Made by a program: the position numbers and the translations under genes | Source of the DNA: Toensbergia leucococca | Lineage: Eukaryota | Assembly (NCBI GenBank): GCA_022813965.1 | Contig: JALDZS010000017.1 | Span: 62,001-126,000 of the forward strand | Direction: 5' to 3' | DNA: 64,000 bases | Notes under the pieces: generated by a model | Told to the model about the DNA's origin: nothing | Database searches by the model: none | Seen by the model: the letters and a program-made list of their open reading frames with translations, nothing else | Part shown: positions 62,461 to 64,000 of the stretch, in pieces | How the letters are laid out: each line of letters starts with the position of its first letter | Position numbering within the stretch: position 1 is the first letter of the stretch

Positions 62461-62816
62461 GCAATTGATTGATCTTCCAGCCACATTTCCTACCCGCTTT
62501 GCGGTTACGCAGTCTCTCTTGCATCATTTCATATGTCGACCACGAGCTCATGAACCCCCGGCGTTGCAGTCCTTCATGTCATGGGGCAGGCAGGTATACA
62601 GGTCTCTGGCGCTCGGTTCAGCATTTTTTGTTGCATTTTCGTGGCCTTTAGCACCTCTCACCCCATTTAGTACTTAATCCCCCCAAAATCCTCATTTCTC
62701 CATCCATGCCCCTACGACCAAAGGGTTCACTAGCATAGCCAAAATATAGACAACGGGTCTCATTCAACTGGACCTACACTACGACCCTCTGATAATAGTA
62801 CGTCCAAGTCGTGTCA

Positions 62817-64000
62817 TCACCCCTCCCCTTTATCCCCCTTGACTCCATCCGCCACCCCGAATCTTCCCACCACCCCCCTCGCAAATTCCCCAAAAGTAAT
62901 TCCAGTTCTTTCCTCGGTCCAATCCACCACCTCCCCCAAGTTCGGCTGTGTAAACACTGCCAACGTATTCCTACTCACTTTTTCTCCCTCTGGTCCCCCT
63001 GCATACCCTAGTCTAGGGCCCCGCACGAAATGAGGCACGGCGCGGAATTTGCCGCGCGTGATTAATTGGAGGGTCTCGCCGGTTTGGAATGCGAGGTGGT
63101 TTGGGGGGATGTGAATTTTGTGGATCTGGGAGGTGCGGGAGTGAATGTAGAGGCCGGAGAGGGGGTCTGGCGGATCGGTGATGGCGGGAAGGGAATGTGG
63201 GGATTGGGAATATGAGGAAGGGGACGGGGCCTCGAGGATGTAGAGAGGGGCAGTTAGGCCCGTTAAGCAGCCGTGGTCGAGGTGGGTGGCGCACCAGGTG
63301 TCGTTTGAGGATGCGCTGTCGTCTGTGGTAGAGCTATGTACGGAGGAGGAATCGGAGGATGGAGAGGGATCGGGTGGGAAATAATGCAGCAAACGGGCTT
63401 TCGTCGTGGTGCTCGTTTTCACAACATGTTCCAGGTATCCTGGCTTGTAGTCCTCGACGTGTGCGATGGCGTAGCGGTCACAGGCTCGGGCCACGAGGCT
63501 TGCTACATCGATTATGAGGGTACAGAGGTCTTGTAAGGTTTCTTGGAAGCCGGGGAGGAGGGATTCGGGAGGCCAGAGGTTTGGGAGCGTGTATTCTGGG
63601 AAGGAAGATGGGGGTGGTGAAGGAGGTTCGGACGGGGAGGTTGAAGGAGAGGCGGGGGTGGGGGGTTGGTAAAAGGTGCAGTTTACGTAGTAAGAGCCTT
63701 TGTGGGTGTCGTATTGGCCTGTTTTGAGGGCTTCTTTGCCGTGGGACCAGCCGGTTAGGTATTTTGCTGTTGGGCTGGTGAGGGCATCTGGTTTTTTGGC
63801 GAGGGTATATGACTTAGTTTCCTTCTGGGAGAAACACTGGGGGAAGTGAGGGGAAAGCACCTAAGTCTGAAGGGGGGAGATTCGCGAGATTGGAGGCGTA
63901 GGAGAGGAGGGTTTGGCGGAGATTAGGGAAATTGGGGGGGAGGTCCTTGACGAGGAGGATGCCGAGGGAGGAGGGACCGAAGGCTTCTTCTAGGAGAGAG
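62817..64000 (-). CDS. 2-oxoglutarate/Fe(II) dioxygenase (IPNS/clavaminate synthase-like); 5' end lies beyond the window
   Basis: EEAFGPSSLGILLVKDLP, GWSHGKE, KGSYY, ARLLHYFP, HLDHGCLT (HxD), AVPHFV (distal His), RNTLAVF. Confidence 0.88.

Noticed and set aside
1..64000. CRISPR arrays, rRNA/tRNA genes, and the many short or antisense ORFs in the track
   Set aside because: No repeat-spacer array or RNA gene was recognised by eye (tRNAscan/Infernal not run). The short ORFs are shadows of real genes or use non-ATG starts unlikely in a fungus.

Overview
Eukaryotic DNA from a filamentous ascomycete (Pezizomycotina), inferred from short GT-AG introns with CTRAC branch points, fungal gene families and a RIP-like mutated transposon. 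All gene calls come from manual translation, manual splicing and recalled family motifs; no database search was run. The left 12.7 kb holds a compact candidate amino-sugar/nucleotide-sugar gene cluster: an MFS transporter, an RmlB/TGDS-fold SDR, a small ABM/Dabb-type protein missing from the ORF track, an intronless bacterial-like WecE/RffA aminotransferase, a Gig1/DUF3605 HIT-like protein and a histidine acid phosphatase. The SDR lacks the catalytic Asp-Glu pair and carries a 13-bp frameshifting duplication, and a 171-bp hairpin lies inside the cluster. The middle (13-43 kb) is mostly conserved genes: Rab4/Ypt4, ATP20, ROK1, VPS28, a Ca2+/H+ exchanger, an MBL-fold protein, a SPRY protein, a Cps1-like GT2, an amidase and DLD1. 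It also contains a tautomerase gene and a HET gene, each with an in-frame stop. A ~6.4 kb hypermutated L1-type LINE with a perfect 17-bp target-site duplication lies at 43177-49544, next to an intronless Artemis-like gene. The right end has a decayed accessory region (O-methyltransferase pseudogene, intact-looking three-repeat Myb gene, CHAT-domain pseudogene), a hypothetical gene and a 2OG-Fe(II) oxygenase cut by the window edge.
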